Assembly (NCBI GenBank): GCA_900541925.1
Contig: UQMB01000002.1
Location: 49,429 to 113,428 of the forward strand
DNA: 64,000 nt
Direction of reading: 5' to 3'
From: an uncultured Bacteroidales bacterium
GTDB lineage: Bacteria; Bacteroidota; Bacteroidia; Bacteroidales; UBA932
Both the position numbers and the translations under genes were made by a program. The notes under the pieces were generated by a model that made no database searches, was not told the origin of the DNA, and saw only the letters and a program-made list of their open reading frames with translations. Shown here one piece after another: positions 1-9,960 of this stretch (its first letter is position 1; each line of letters begins with the position of its first letter).

Positions 1-624
1 CAGATGGTCGAAGGCCGCAGGGTCACGGACAGTCAGACCCTGCAGCTCGTCACGATGGTCTATGCCGGATGGTGCAGCAAGCACATCACGGCCCTCCTCC
101 AGAGCAGAGGATGCGACGCGATGGGGCTGGCCGGCTGCGACGCCTCTCTGATAAAGGCATCGCGCCGGGCGCCACGGCTCCTCTCCGACGGCAAGACCAC
201 ACTCGACTACGGCCTCATAGGAGATGTCAAGCCGGAGTCGGTCAACGCCGAGGCGCTGCTCAAACTCATTGACTCAGGCATCGTTCCAGTATTCTGCGCC
301 ATCAGCCACGACGGCCGCGGAGAGCTCCTCAACACCAACGCGGACACCATCGCCTCAGCAATTTCTGCTGCAATAAATGCGGAACTTCTTTATTGTTTCG
401 AAAAAAATGGCGTACTTTACAGTTTGAATGATCCCGACAGCGTGATTCCGTCTCTCGACTTGGGCGCATACACCCGTCTGAAAGAAGAGGGCCGCGTCGC
501 GCAGGGGATGATTCCGAAACTGGACAACGCGTTTTCGGCGCTGCGTGCCGGGGCGGCAAGCGTACGCATCCTGCACTCGGAGAGCCTGCTGGACGGCGAC
601 GCGGGGACAAAGCTGACTCTATGA
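1..624 (+). CDS. argB: Acetylglutamate kinase, 5'-truncated at window start
   Basis: Frame 1 is open from base 1; the 206-aa C-terminal part shows typical amino-acid-kinase family motifs, and the gene leads an arginine-biosynthesis cluster (M20 deacylase, argH, carAB follow). Confidence 0.8.
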   Translation, partial: QMVEGRRVTDSQTLQLVTMVYAGWCSKHITALLQSRGCDAMGLAGCDASLIKASRRAPRLLSDGKTTLDYGLIGDVKPESVNAEALLKLIDSGIVPVFCAISHDGRGELLNTNADTIASAISAAINAELLYCFEKNGVLYSLNDPDSVIPSLDLGAYTRLKEEGRVAQGMIPKLDNAFSALRAGAASVRILHSESLLDGDAGTKLTL

Positions 625-1712
625 CAAGATATGGAGAATACATAGACCTCCTCAGACAGATGGTCCGTATCCCTTCCCTCTCATTCGAAGAGGGGAAGGT
701 CGCGTCATTGGTCAGCGGCGCCCTCGACAGCTTCGGGATAGAGCACAGCCTCCTCAACGGCAACATCCTGGCCGTCAACCGGCACTTCGACCCGCGCAGG
801 CGAACTCTCGCCCTCGACGCCCATCTCGACACGGTGCCCGCGTCAGGAGGCTATACGAGAGATCCGCTTGACCCGGGCGACGACGCGAACATCGTCTATG
901 GTCTCGGTTCCAATGATGACGGCGGAAGTGTGGTGTCGATGATTGCCACTTTCCGTCATTTTTATAATATGTCCCTCCCGTTCAACCTGATGCTCGTCTT
1001 GACACGGGAGGAGGAGCGTTCCGGCCCTGACGGGGCACGCTGGCTCTATGCCGGAGACGGAGGGCTGAAAGCAGACGGGAGGTTCCCGTATCCGGACTGG
1101 GTGATAGTCGGAGAGCCGACTGGGATGAAGGCCGCCACGAGCGAGCGCGGGCTGCTGGTACTGGACGGGGAAGCCCGTGGGGTGAGCGGACACGCGGCAA
1201 GGGGAGAAGGAGTCAACGCCCTCTACATCGCCATGGACGACATCGCCGCCCTGCGCGCCCACCGCTTCACGAAGATTTCCCCCCGGATGGGAGAAGTCAG
1301 GCTGAACGTCACGCAGATCGAAGCCGGCAAGGCGCACAACATCATCCCGGATCTCTGCCGCTTCGTCGTGGACATACGCCCCACCGAGCAGTACACCAAC
1401 GAGGGGATTCTCCAGGAACTCCAGGCCCTCTGCCGCAGCAGCCTCACGGCGCGCAACCTCACCAACAGTTCATCCGCCACGGCGGAATCCTCCCCTCTGC
1501 TCGCCGCCGCCCGCTCTCTGGGCCTGGAGGAGTTCTCCTCCCCCACCACCTCGGACTGGATGCGCATCGGCTGCGACGCCATCAAGATGGGACCTGGAGA
1601 CTCTTCCCGCTCGCACAAGGCGGACGAATACATGCTCACAAACGAGATAGAACAGGCTATAGACACATATATCAAATATATAGACAATTTTTATGGCAAC
1701 ACTGTGGAATAA
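621..1712 (+). CDS. M20-family peptidase, ArgE/DapE-like deacylase (probable N-acyl-ornithine/citrulline deacylase)
   Basis: The 363-aa product has M20 metal-binding motifs (HxD...GxxD, EEE). It overlaps the argB stop (ATGA) and sits between argB and argH. Bacteroidetes use an N-succinyl arginine pathway, so a desuccinylase role is plausible. Confidence 0.75.
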   Translation: MTRYGEYIDLLRQMVRIPSLSFEEGKVASLVSGALDSFGIEHSLLNGNILAVNRHFDPRRRTLALDAHLDTVPASGGYTRDPLDPGDDANIVYGLGSNDDGGSVVSMIATFRHFYNMSLPFNLMLVLTREEERSGPDGARWLYAGDGGLKADGRFPYPDWVIVGEPTGMKAATSERGLLVLDGEARGVSGHAARGEGVNALYIAMDDIAALRAHRFTKISPRMGEVRLNVTQIEAGKAHNIIPDLCRFVVDIRPTEQYTNEGILQELQALCRSSLTARNLTNSSSATAESSPLLAAARSLGLEEFSSPTTSDWMRIGCDAIKMGPGDSSRSHKADEYMLTNEIEQAIDTYIKYIDNFYGNTVE

Positions 1713-3009
1713 AGGCACCAGCGCCACCGAGAGGGTGGAGAACTTCACCGTCGGCAACGACAGGCAGCTCGACCTGAGGCTGGCCGCCTATGACATACAG
1801 GGCTCGAAGGCGCACATACAGATGCTCGAGAGCATAGGGCTGCTCAGCACAGAAGAGCTCCAGAGCCTCTCGGCTGCCCTCGACAGGATAGAGGCCACCG
1901 TCAGAGACGGCAGTTTCGTCCTCGAAGACGATGTGGAGGACATCCACTCGCAGATCGAGCTGAACCTCACGCGCGAGCTGGGACAGACAGGCAAGAAGAT
2001 ACACTCCGGCCGCTCGCGCAACGACCAGGTCCTCGTGGACATCAAGCTCTTCCTGCGCGACGAGCTGCTGAAGATGCGCGAGGAGACGCTGCAGCTCTTC
2101 CGCACCCTCCAGGAGCTGAGCGAGAAGTACAAGGAAGTGCTGCTCCCGGGCTACACCCACTTCCAGATCGCGATGCCGTCGTCGTTCGGGATGTGGTTCG
2201 GCGCGTATGCCGAGGCGCTGGTGGACGACATGCACATGCTCCACGGAGCCTACAGGGTCGTGAACCGCAACCCGCTCGGCTCGGCGGCAGGCTACGGCAA
2301 CTCATTCCCGCTCGACAGGGACATGACCACGCGCCTGCTGGGCTTCGACTCCCCCGTCATCAACAGCGTGGCGGCGCAGATGAGCCGCGGCAAGACCGAG
2401 AGGTGCACCGCCTCCGCGATGGGCTCCCTCGCGCTCACGCTCAACAAGTTCGCCGCTGACTGCTGCATGTACATGTGCCCGAACTTCGGCTTCATCCACT
2501 TCCCGGACAGCCTCACCACCGGCTCCAGCATCATGCCGCACAAGAAGAACCCCGACGTCTGGGAGATGGTGCGCGGCAAATGCGACCGCATACTCTCCAC
2601 CGAGAACGAGATCTCCATGCTCTGCAGCAACCTGCCCCACGGCTACCATCGTGACTACCAGCTGCTCAAGGACATACTCTTCCCGTCCCTGGAGCTGATG
2701 CACGACTGCCTGCAGATGACAGACTACATGCTGGCCCACATCGAGGTCAACACCCACATACTGGACAACCCTCTGTACTCCCACCTCTTCACTGTCGAGG
2801 AGGTCAACCGACGGACTCTCTCCGGCACCCCGTTCCGCGAGGCCTACAGACAGGTCGGGACGGAGGTCAACGAGGGCCGCTTCAAATACTCCGGGGGCGA
2901 TACGGCATCGCTGAAGGCCTCCGACCTCGGACATACCCACATAGGAAGTCTCGGCAACCTCTGCAACGACAGGGTGGCCGAACTCATGCGACAAGCATCC
3001 AACTTCTAA
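1693..3009 (+). CDS. argH: Argininosuccinate lyase
   Basis: 438 aa carrying the fumarate-lyase signature GSSIMPHKKNPD and SGRSRNDQV. Confidence 0.93.
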   Translation: MATLWNKGTSATERVENFTVGNDRQLDLRLAAYDIQGSKAHIQMLESIGLLSTEELQSLSAALDRIEATVRDGSFVLEDDVEDIHSQIELNLTRELGQTGKKIHSGRSRNDQVLVDIKLFLRDELLKMREETLQLFRTLQELSEKYKEVLLPGYTHFQIAMPSSFGMWFGAYAEALVDDMHMLHGAYRVVNRNPLGSAAGYGNSFPLDRDMTTRLLGFDSPVINSVAAQMSRGKTERCTASAMGSLALTLNKFAADCCMYMCPNFGFIHFPDSLTTGSSIMPHKKNPDVWEMVRGKCDRILSTENEISMLCSNLPHGYHRDYQLLKDILFPSLELMHDCLQMTDYMLAHIEVNTHILDNPLYSHLFTVEEVNRRTLSGTPFREAYRQVGTEVNEGRFKYSGGDTASLKASDLGHTHIGSLGNLCNDRVAELMRQASNF

Positions 3010-3014
3010 ATAAT

Positions 3015-4094
3015 ATGGCAGAAACTCGAAAAAAAGCTGCGCTCATTCTCGCGAATGGCTGCAGGATGGAAGGCTGGAGCTTCGGTTGCGACAGCGCCGG
3101 CAGCGGAGAGGTGGTATTCTCCACAGCAATGGTGGGCTATCCCGAAAGCCTCACAGACCCGTCATACGAAGGGCAGATACTCTGCGTGAGCTACCCGCTG
3201 ATAGGCAACTACGGCATCCCGTCGGAGAAATACGACAAGAACGGCCTCTGCACGACCTTCGAGTCGGAGAGGATCCATGTCAGGGGGCTGATAATCTCGG
3301 ACTACAGCGAGAAGTACAGCCACTGGGACGCAGTCAAGAGCCTCGACGAATGGCTCAAGGAGCAGAAGGTGCCCGGCATCTTCGGCATCGACACCCGGGA
3401 GCTCACCAAGATGCTCCGCGAGCAGGGCGCGATGCTCGGCAAGATAGTCCCGGAGGGAGCGTCCGAAGACTTCCCGTACTACGACCCCAACACCGACAAC
3501 CAGGTCGCCGCTGTCAGCTGCAAGGAAGTGATGCACTACGGCTCCGAAGGCAAGAAAGTCGTCCTGGTGGACTGCGGGGTCAAGCACAGGATACTCGGCT
3601 GCCTGCTGGACAGGGGCGTGCAGGTGACGAGAGTCCCGTGGGACTATGACTTCAACACCCTCGACTGGGACGGGCTCTTCATCTCCAACGGCCCGGGCAA
3701 CCCGGAACTCTGCAGGGAGGCCGTGGAGCACATCCGCAAGGCATACGAGGGCGACAAGCCGATATTCGGCATCTGCATGGGCAACCAGCTCATGTCGCTG
3801 GCTGCCGGCGCGAGCACGTTCAAGCTCAAATACGGCCACCGCAGCCACAACCAGCCGGTCAGGATGAACGGCACGGAGCGCTGCTTCATCACTTCGCAGA
3901 ACCATGGTTTCGCCGTGGACGAAACCACCCTCGGAGCGGACTGGGAGCCATATTTCACAAACATGAACGACGGCACCAACGAGGGCATACGCCACCGCAG
4001 CCAGCCGTTCTTCTCCGCACAGTTCCACCCCGAGGCCTCAAGCGGCCCGGTAGACACGGAGTTCCTTTTCGATGAATTCATATCCAGGTTGTAA
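3015..4094 (+). CDS. carA: Carbamoyl-phosphate synthase small (glutaminase) subunit
   Basis: 359 aa with a class-I glutamine amidotransferase catalytic Cys motif (GICMGNQ) and His-Glu residues; lies directly upstream of carB. Confidence 0.93.
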   Translation: MAETRKKAALILANGCRMEGWSFGCDSAGSGEVVFSTAMVGYPESLTDPSYEGQILCVSYPLIGNYGIPSEKYDKNGLCTTFESERIHVRGLIISDYSEKYSHWDAVKSLDEWLKEQKVPGIFGIDTRELTKMLREQGAMLGKIVPEGASEDFPYYDPNTDNQVAAVSCKEVMHYGSEGKKVVLVDCGVKHRILGCLLDRGVQVTRVPWDYDFNTLDWDGLFISNGPGNPELCREAVEHIRKAYEGDKPIFGICMGNQLMSLAAGASTFKLKYGHRSHNQPVRMNGTERCFITSQNHGFAVDETTLGADWEPYFTNMNDGTNEGIRHRSQPFFSAQFHPEASSGPVDTEFLFDEFISRL

Positions 4095-7000
4095 TGATTG
4101 ACAGAAGAATAAAGAAAGTGCTGGTGCTCGGTTCCGGAGCACTCAAGATAGGCGAAGCCGGAGAGTTCGACTACAGCGGCTCGCAGGCCCTGAAGGCCCT
4201 CAGGGAAGAGGGCATAAGGACGGTGCTGATCAACCCCAACATCGCCACGGTGCAGACCTCCGAGGGCGTGGCGGACAAGATATACTTCCTGCCGGTGACC
4301 CCCTACTTCGTGGAGAAGGTCATCGAGAAGGAGAGGCCGCAGGGCATACTGCTCTCATTCGGCGGGCAGACGGCCCTCAACTGCGGAGTGGAGCTCTACA
4401 GGGAGGGAATCTTTGACAAATACGGCATCAAGGTGCTCGGAACCCCTGTCCAGGCCATCATCGACACCGAAGACAGGGAGCTGTTCGTCGAGAAGCTCGA
4501 CCAGATAGGAGTCAAGACCATACGCTCCCACGCAGCCTCCACCATCGAGGAGGCGCGCGCCGCAGCGGCGCAGGTCGGCTACCCGGTGATCCTGCGCGCG
4601 GCATACGCACTCGGCGGTCTTGGTTCAGGCTTCTGCGAGAACGAGCAGGAACTCAACACAGTGGCCACCAAGGCATTCTCGTTCTCACCTCAAGTGCTGG
4701 TGGAGAAATCCCTGCGCGGCTGGAAGGAGATCGAATACGAGGTTGTGCGCGACAGCTACGACAACTGCATCACTGTCTGCAACATGGAGAACTTCGACCC
4801 GCTCGGCATCCACACCGGCGAGAGCATCGTGGTGGCTCCTTCGCAGACCCTCTCCAACGAGGAGTTCCACTTCCTCCGCAAGACGGCCATCGACATCGTG
4901 CGGCACATAGGGATAGTCGGAGAGTGCAACGTCCAGTACGCCTTCAGCCCTGACGGGGAAGACTACCGCGTAATCGAGGTCAACGCCCGCCTGAGCCGTT
5001 CTTCGGCCCTCGCCTCCAAGGCCACGGGCTACCCTCTGGCGTTCATCGCCGCCAAACTCGGCCTCGGCTACGGGCTGTTCGAGCTCAACAACGCCGTCAC
5101 CAAGACCACGCCGGCCTTCTTCGAGCCGGCCCTGGACTATGTGGTCTGCAAGATTCCGCGCTGGGACCTCGCCAAGTTCAAGGGCGTCTCACGCGAGATA
5201 GGCTCCAGCATGAAGAGCGTCGGAGAGGTGATGGCCATAGGCCGCAACTTCGAGGAGGCCATCCAGAAGGGCCTGCGCATGATAGGCCAGGGGGCCAACG
5301 GCTTCGTCTGCAACAAGCCGTACAGCGCCGCCGACCTCGATGACGCGCTCAAGAACCCGACAGACACCCGCATATTCGCGATAGCCGCCGCATTCGAGTC
5401 CGGCTACAGCGTGGACAGGATACACGAACTCACCAAGATAGACCGCTGGTTCCTCGACAAGCTCGAGAACATCGAATCCACCTACCGCGAGTTCGAGAGC
5501 TGCAAGAGCCTCGCCGAGGTCAGCTCCGGACTGCTCAAGAAAGCCAAGTGCCAGGGCTTCTCCGACATCCAGATAGGCCGCGTGTTCAGCATCCCGGAGT
5601 CCGAGGTGCGCGCACGCAGGCAGGAAGAGGGGCTCAGGCCGGTGGTCAAGCAGATAGACACCCTCGCGGCGGAGTTCCCGTCCGACACCAACTACCTCTA
5701 CCTCACCTACAACGGCAGCGCGGATGATGTCGCATTCAGCGAGAGCTCCCGCTCCGTGATAGTGCTCGGCTCCGGCGCCTACCGCATCGGAAGCAGCGTC
5801 GAGTTCGACTGGTGCGGGGTGAACGCCCTCCAGACCCTCCGCAAACGCGGGTACAGGGCCATAATGATCAACTACAACCCTGAGACCGTCTCCACGGACT
5901 ACGACAGCTGCGACCGCCTCTACTTCGACGAGCTCAGCTACGAGACCGTGATGGACATCTGCTCCCTCGAGAAGCCTATGGGCGTGATAGTCAGCGTGGG
6001 AGGCCAGATTCCGAACAACCTCGCCCTGCCTCTGATGAAGAGCGGGGTCAGGATCCTCGGCACCTCCGCCACAGACATCGACCGCGCCGAAGACCGCAAC
6101 AAGTTCTCGCAGATCGTGGACAAGCTCGGCATCGACCAGCCGCGATGGAGGGAACTCACCACGATGGAGGACATCGACAGCTTCATCGCCGAAGTCGGAT
6201 TCCCGGTGCTCGTGCGCCCTTCATATGTGCTGTCTGGGGCCGCGATGAACGTGTGCTACAGCTACGACGACCTCAAGATATGCCTCGACATGGCAGTGGA
6301 AGTCTCAGAGGAGCATCCTGTCGTCATCAGCTCGTTCATGCAGCGCTGCAAGGAGATCGAGTGCGATGCGGTGGCGGACAACGGCCGCGTGATAGCCTCG
6401 GCCATCTCTGAACACATCGAGTTCGCCGGAGTCCACTCCGGAGACGCGACCATCCAGTTCCCGCCGCAGAAGACCTACGGCATCACGGCAGCCAGGATAC
6501 GCAAGACCACGGCGGCCATCGCCGCTGAGCTCCATATCACGGGTCCGTTCAACATCCAGTTCCTCGCCACCGACAACTACATCAAGGTCATAGAGTGCAA
6601 CCTCAGGGCGTCGAGAAGTTTCCCGTTCGTATCCAAGGTACTGAAAGTAAACTTCATAGAACTCGCGACCCGCTGCATGCTCGGCGAGCATCCGGTACCG
6701 GTGGGCATTGACCCGTTCGAGCTGGAGTATGTCGGGGTGAAGTGCTCCCAGTTCTCGTTCTCCCGTCTCAACGAGGCGGATCCGGTGCTCGGAGTGGACA
6801 TGTCCTCCACCGGGGAGGTCGGCTGCATCGGTGACAACCTGGACGACGCCCTGCTGAAAGCCATGCTCTCCGTGGGCCACAAAATCCCGCAGAAGGCCGT
6901 GCTGATCTCGTCCGGCAACGCCCGCCAGAAGGCGGACATACTCCCGGCCTGCCAGCTGCTGAGCGCCAAGGGGATAGAGATTTATGCCACGGAAGGTACC

Positions 7001-7300
7001 TGCCGCTATCTCAACGAGAACGGAGTGCCCGCAAAGCTGGCACTCCGTCCGGATGAGACTTCCACCGAGGGGCACCCGTCAGCGATTGACCTGATCAGGG
7101 ACCACACCGTGGACATCGTGATAAACATCCCTAAGAACTACACCCGAGGGGAGCTGAGCAACGGATACCGTATGCGCCGCGCCGCCATCGACTTCAATGT
7201 CCCGCTGATCACCAACTCCCGGCTCGCGACCGCCTTCATCAGGGCGCTCTGCGCGGAGCCTCTGGAGAACATCAGCATCAAGGGATGGGACGAGTATTAG
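4094..7300 (+). CDS. carB: Carbamoyl-phosphate synthase large subunit
   Basis: 1068 aa with duplicated ATP-grasp modules and an MGS-like C-terminal domain; 1-nt overlap with carA. Confidence 0.95.
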   Translation: MIDRRIKKVLVLGSGALKIGEAGEFDYSGSQALKALREEGIRTVLINPNIATVQTSEGVADKIYFLPVTPYFVEKVIEKERPQGILLSFGGQTALNCGVELYREGIFDKYGIKVLGTPVQAIIDTEDRELFVEKLDQIGVKTIRSHAASTIEEARAAAAQVGYPVILRAAYALGGLGSGFCENEQELNTVATKAFSFSPQVLVEKSLRGWKEIEYEVVRDSYDNCITVCNMENFDPLGIHTGESIVVAPSQTLSNEEFHFLRKTAIDIVRHIGIVGECNVQYAFSPDGEDYRVIEVNARLSRSSALASKATGYPLAFIAAKLGLGYGLFELNNAVTKTTPAFFEPALDYVVCKIPRWDLAKFKGVSREIGSSMKSVGEVMAIGRNFEEAIQKGLRMIGQGANGFVCNKPYSAADLDDALKNPTDTRIFAIAAAFESGYSVDRIHELTKIDRWFLDKLENIESTYREFESCKSLAEVSSGLLKKAKCQGFSDIQIGRVFSIPESEVRARRQEEGLRPVVKQIDTLAAEFPSDTNYLYLTYNGSADDVAFSESSRSVIVLGSGAYRIGSSVEFDWCGVNALQTLRKRGYRAIMINYNPETVSTDYDSCDRLYFDELSYETVMDICSLEKPMGVIVSVGGQIPNNLALPLMKSGVRILGTSATDIDRAEDRNKFSQIVDKLGIDQPRWRELTTMEDIDSFIAEVGFPVLVRPSYVLSGAAMNVCYSYDDLKICLDMAVEVSEEHPVVISSFMQRCKEIECDAVADNGRVIASAISEHIEFAGVHSGDATIQFPPQKTYGITAARIRKTTAAIAAELHITGPFNIQFLATDNYIKVIECNLRASRSFPFVSKVLKVNFIELATRCMLGEHPVPVGIDPFELEYVGVKCSQFSFSRLNEADPVLGVDMSSTGEVGCIGDNLDDALLKAMLSVGHKIPQKAVLISSGNARQKADILPACQLLSAKGIEIYATEGTCRYLNENGVPAKLALRPDETSTEGHPSAIDLIRDHTVDIVINIPKNYTRGELSNGYRMRRAAIDFNVPLITNSRLATAFIRALCAEPLENISIKGWDEY

Positions 7301-7722
7301 TCCTGTGATACCTCCGCGTCAGTCGCGGGGACCATGGCAAGGCGCACATTGCCCTTGGAATCAGAGAGTTTGAGCGTATCGGCAGAATAGCTGATGCGCT
7401 CAACTTCATTGAGGGCCTCGCGTACCTTGTCCTCCACGGCCATGTCCTGAGGCGCTCCGGCCATCATGGTCATCCCCATGTTGCCGATCTTAAGCCTGTC
7501 GCCGCGGAGTTTGTACTCTCCGTTGGCCAGGTTGACCCCGAGGCATCCATGCATCTTGCCGTCCTCTCCGAATACGATATAAGGGGTATTCTCCTCTGTC
7601 TGAACCATCTCGCCGTCAGCGGCGATGATTTTCCATTGCCCCGCAGGGGACTTCACTTCCTGCTCGTTGCAGGCGACTGCGGCCAATGCGGCGGCAGCCA
7701 TCATGATAACACACTTCTTCAT
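7297..7722 (-). CDS. META/HslJ-like (DUF306) lipoprotein
   Basis: The start is reassigned to ATG at 7722 (MKKCVIMMAAAALAAVAC, a lipobox). The product shows META-domain-like sequence. The first 56 codons of the listed 197-aa ORF are GC-rich read-through. Confidence 0.6.
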   Translation of the reverse strand: MKKCVIMMAAAALAAVACNEQEVKSPAGQWKIIAADGEMVQTEENTPYIVFGEDGKMHGCLGVNLANGEYKLRGDRLKIGNMGMTMMAGAPQDMAVEDKVREALNEVERISYSADTLKLSDSKGNVRLAMVPATDAEVSQD

Positions 7723-8576
7723 ATTGTTTCTATTGTAACGGGACTGAACCCGAGTTTTTCCAATTCTTCGTGCAGGGTCCGGCGCACCGCTCCGGCATCC
7801 CCGTCCACGGCCACACGGGCGGTCAGGGCCGTCTGGTTGATGCTCACAGCCCACACATGCAGCTCCTCCACAGCCTTCACGCCTCCGCATCCGGCGACAA
7901 GAGACTTCACCGCATCATAATCCACCCCGCGCGGCACTCCGTCAATTATCATCCGCACGCTCTCCCCGAGCAGGCGGACGCTGTTGTAGAGGATGACCGC
8001 GGCGATGACAAGGCTCACAATCGGGTCTATCACATAGAGCCCCGACAAGCTGATGACTATGCCGGATATCACCACCCCGAGCGAGAGGAGGGAGTCCGTG
8101 GCCATATGCAGGAACGCGCCCCTGGTGTTGATGTCCTTCTTCTGGAAGCGCATCATCAGCAGGGCGCTGATGCCGCTGACGAGTATGCCCGCCGCCGCTG
8201 TCCATGACACGGCCGCACCGTTGACAGGTGCAGGCTCCATAAGTTTGCTGACGCTCTCGAAGACGATCACGCACACGGCGCACACAAGCAGGAGGGCGTT
8301 GAACAGCGAGATCAGCACTGACGCCTTGCGGTAGCCGTAGGTATACCGGCTGCTCGGCTTGCTGGCCGCGAGCCTGAATGCGAGCAGCGCTATCAGCAGG
8401 GAGAAGACATCTATCATCTTGTGCCCGGCATCGGAGAGAAGTCCGGTGGAGTTGCTGTACACCCCAGCCAGAGCCTCCACTATCACGAATCCGAAGTTGA
8501 GCGCTATCGCTATGTAATAGACCACATTCAGAGACTCGACGGCGTGAATGTGATGTGCGTGTGAATGATGTTCCAT
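7719..8576 (-). CDS. Cation diffusion facilitator (CDF) family divalent-metal efflux transporter
   Basis: A His-rich N-terminus (MEHHSHAHHIH) is followed by six TM helices and CDF signature residues. The listed ORF begins at a TTG 12 nt upstream; ATG at 8576 is preferred. Confidence 0.85.
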   Translation of the reverse strand: MEHHSHAHHIHAVESLNVVYYIAIALNFGFVIVEALAGVYSNSTGLLSDAGHKMIDVFSLLIALLAFRLAASKPSSRYTYGYRKASVLISLFNALLLVCAVCVIVFESVSKLMEPAPVNGAAVSWTAAAGILVSGISALLMMRFQKKDINTRGAFLHMATDSLLSLGVVISGIVISLSGLYVIDPIVSLVIAAVILYNSVRLLGESVRMIIDGVPRGVDYDAVKSLVAGCGGVKAVEELHVWAVSINQTALTARVAVDGDAGAVRRTLHEELEKLGFSPVTIETI

Positions 8577-8637
8577 AATCGGGCGCAAATATACGGCAAA
8601 AAGTGTTAAATTTGTAAACTTAAATCAAAGATACACA

Positions 8638-9960
8638 ATGTTCGACAATCTCTCAGACAGACTGGAAAGGTCTTTCAAGATACTCAAGGGCGAAGGCAAG
8701 ATCACCGAGGTGAACGTGGCCGAGACCATCAAGGAAATCAGGCGCGCGCTTCTGGATGCCGACGTGTCATACAAGGTAGCCAAGGACTTCTGCGACAAGG
8801 TCAAGACCAAGGCGATGGGCGCCAATGTGCTGACCGCCGTCAAGCCTCAGCAGATGATGGTCAAGATCGTCCACGACGAGCTCGCGGAGTTCATGGGCGC
8901 GGAGCACAGCGAGATCAATCTCAAGGGCTCCCCTGCCGTCATCCTCGTGGCCGGACTCAACGGTTCGGGCAAGACCACCTTCTGCGGCAAGCTCGCCCTC
9001 AGACTCAAGAGCAAGAAGGGCGTCAAGGTGCTTCTCGCAGCCTGCGACACCTTCCGCCCGGCAGCCATCACCCAGCTCCAGACTCTCGGAGAGCAAGTGG
9101 GAGTCCCGGTATATAGCGAAGAAGGCGAGAAGGATCCGGTCAAGGTGGCCAAAGACGCCGTGGCAAAGGCCAGGCAGGAAGGCTACAGCGTCGTGATAGT
9201 CGACACCGCAGGACGCCTCGTCGTGGACAAGGAGCTGATGGACGAGATCTCCACCCTGCACAAGGCCCTCGGGCCGTCGGAGACCCTCTTCGTCGTCGAT
9301 GCGATGACGGGACAGGACGCCGTGGAATCCGCCAAGGCGTTCAACGATGCCATCGACTACGACGGAGTGGTGCTCAGCAAGATGGACGGCGACACCAGAG
9401 GCGGCGCCGCGCTCTCCATCAAGGCCGTGACGGGCAAGCCGATCAAATTCGTCAGTCTGGGCGAGAAGATGGAGGCCCTGGACATGTTCTACCCGGCCCG
9501 TGTGGCGGACCGCATCCTCGGCATGGGAGACGTGGTGTCCCTCGTGGAGAAGGCCCAGGAGCAGTTCGATGAGCAGCAGGCCCGGGCGCTGAAGAAGAAG
9601 ATAGCCCGCAACCAGTTCACCATCAACGATTTCTACGAGCAGCTCAAGCAGGTTCAGAAGATGGGCAACATGAAGGACCTGATGGGCATGCTCCCCGGCA
9701 TGGACAAGGCCCTCAAGGATGTGGACATCCCGGAGGACGCCTTCAAATCCACGGAGGCCATCATCCAGTCGATGACCCCGTATGAGAAAGAGCACCCTGA
9801 GTGCCTCAACGGCTCCCGCCGCAACAGGATAGCCAAGGGTTCAGGGACGACTCTCGCGGATGTCAACAAGCTGATAAAGCAGTTCGAGCAGAGCCGCAAG
9901 ATGATGAAGATGGCGGTCGACGGGACGCTCCAGCAGAAGCTCAGAAGCCTCAGAAGATAA
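8638..9960 (+). CDS. ffh: Signal recognition particle protein Ffh
   Basis: 440 aa with an N domain, a GTPase domain (GLNGSGKTT, DTAGR) and a Met-rich M domain. Confidence 0.95.
   Translation: MFDNLSDRLERSFKILKGEGKITEVNVAETIKEIRRALLDADVSYKVAKDFCDKVKTKAMGANVLTAVKPQQMMVKIVHDELAEFMGAEHSEINLKGSPAVILVAGLNGSGKTTFCGKLALRLKSKKGVKVLLAACDTFRPAAITQLQTLGEQVGVPVYSEEGEKDPVKVAKDAVAKARQEGYSVVIVDTAGRLVVDKELMDEISTLHKALGPSETLFVVDAMTGQDAVESAKAFNDAIDYDGVVLSKMDGDTRGGAALSIKAVTGKPIKFVSLGEKMEALDMFYPARVADRILGMGDVVSLVEKAQEQFDEQQARALKKKIARNQFTINDFYEQLKQVQKMGNMKDLMGMLPGMDKALKDVDIPEDAFKSTEAIIQSMTPYEKEHPECLNGSRRNRIAKGSGTTLADVNKLIKQFEQSRKMMKMAVDGTLQQKLRSLRR

Noticed and set aside
69-272. Numerous 60-120-aa ORFs in alternative frames of argB, carB, the V-ATPase genes, etc.
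   Set aside because: Proline/arginine-rich translations with no start context; overlapped by genes with clear family motifs.
8767-9795. 342-aa minus-strand ORF antisense to ffh, and similar long antisense ORFs (3162..4028, 19696..20961, 22053..22841, 46666..47541, 6305..7075)
   Set aside because: Arg/Gly/Ala/Val-rich low-information translations typical of antisense frames in high-GC coding DNA; each lies fully inside a well-supported gene on the opposite strand.
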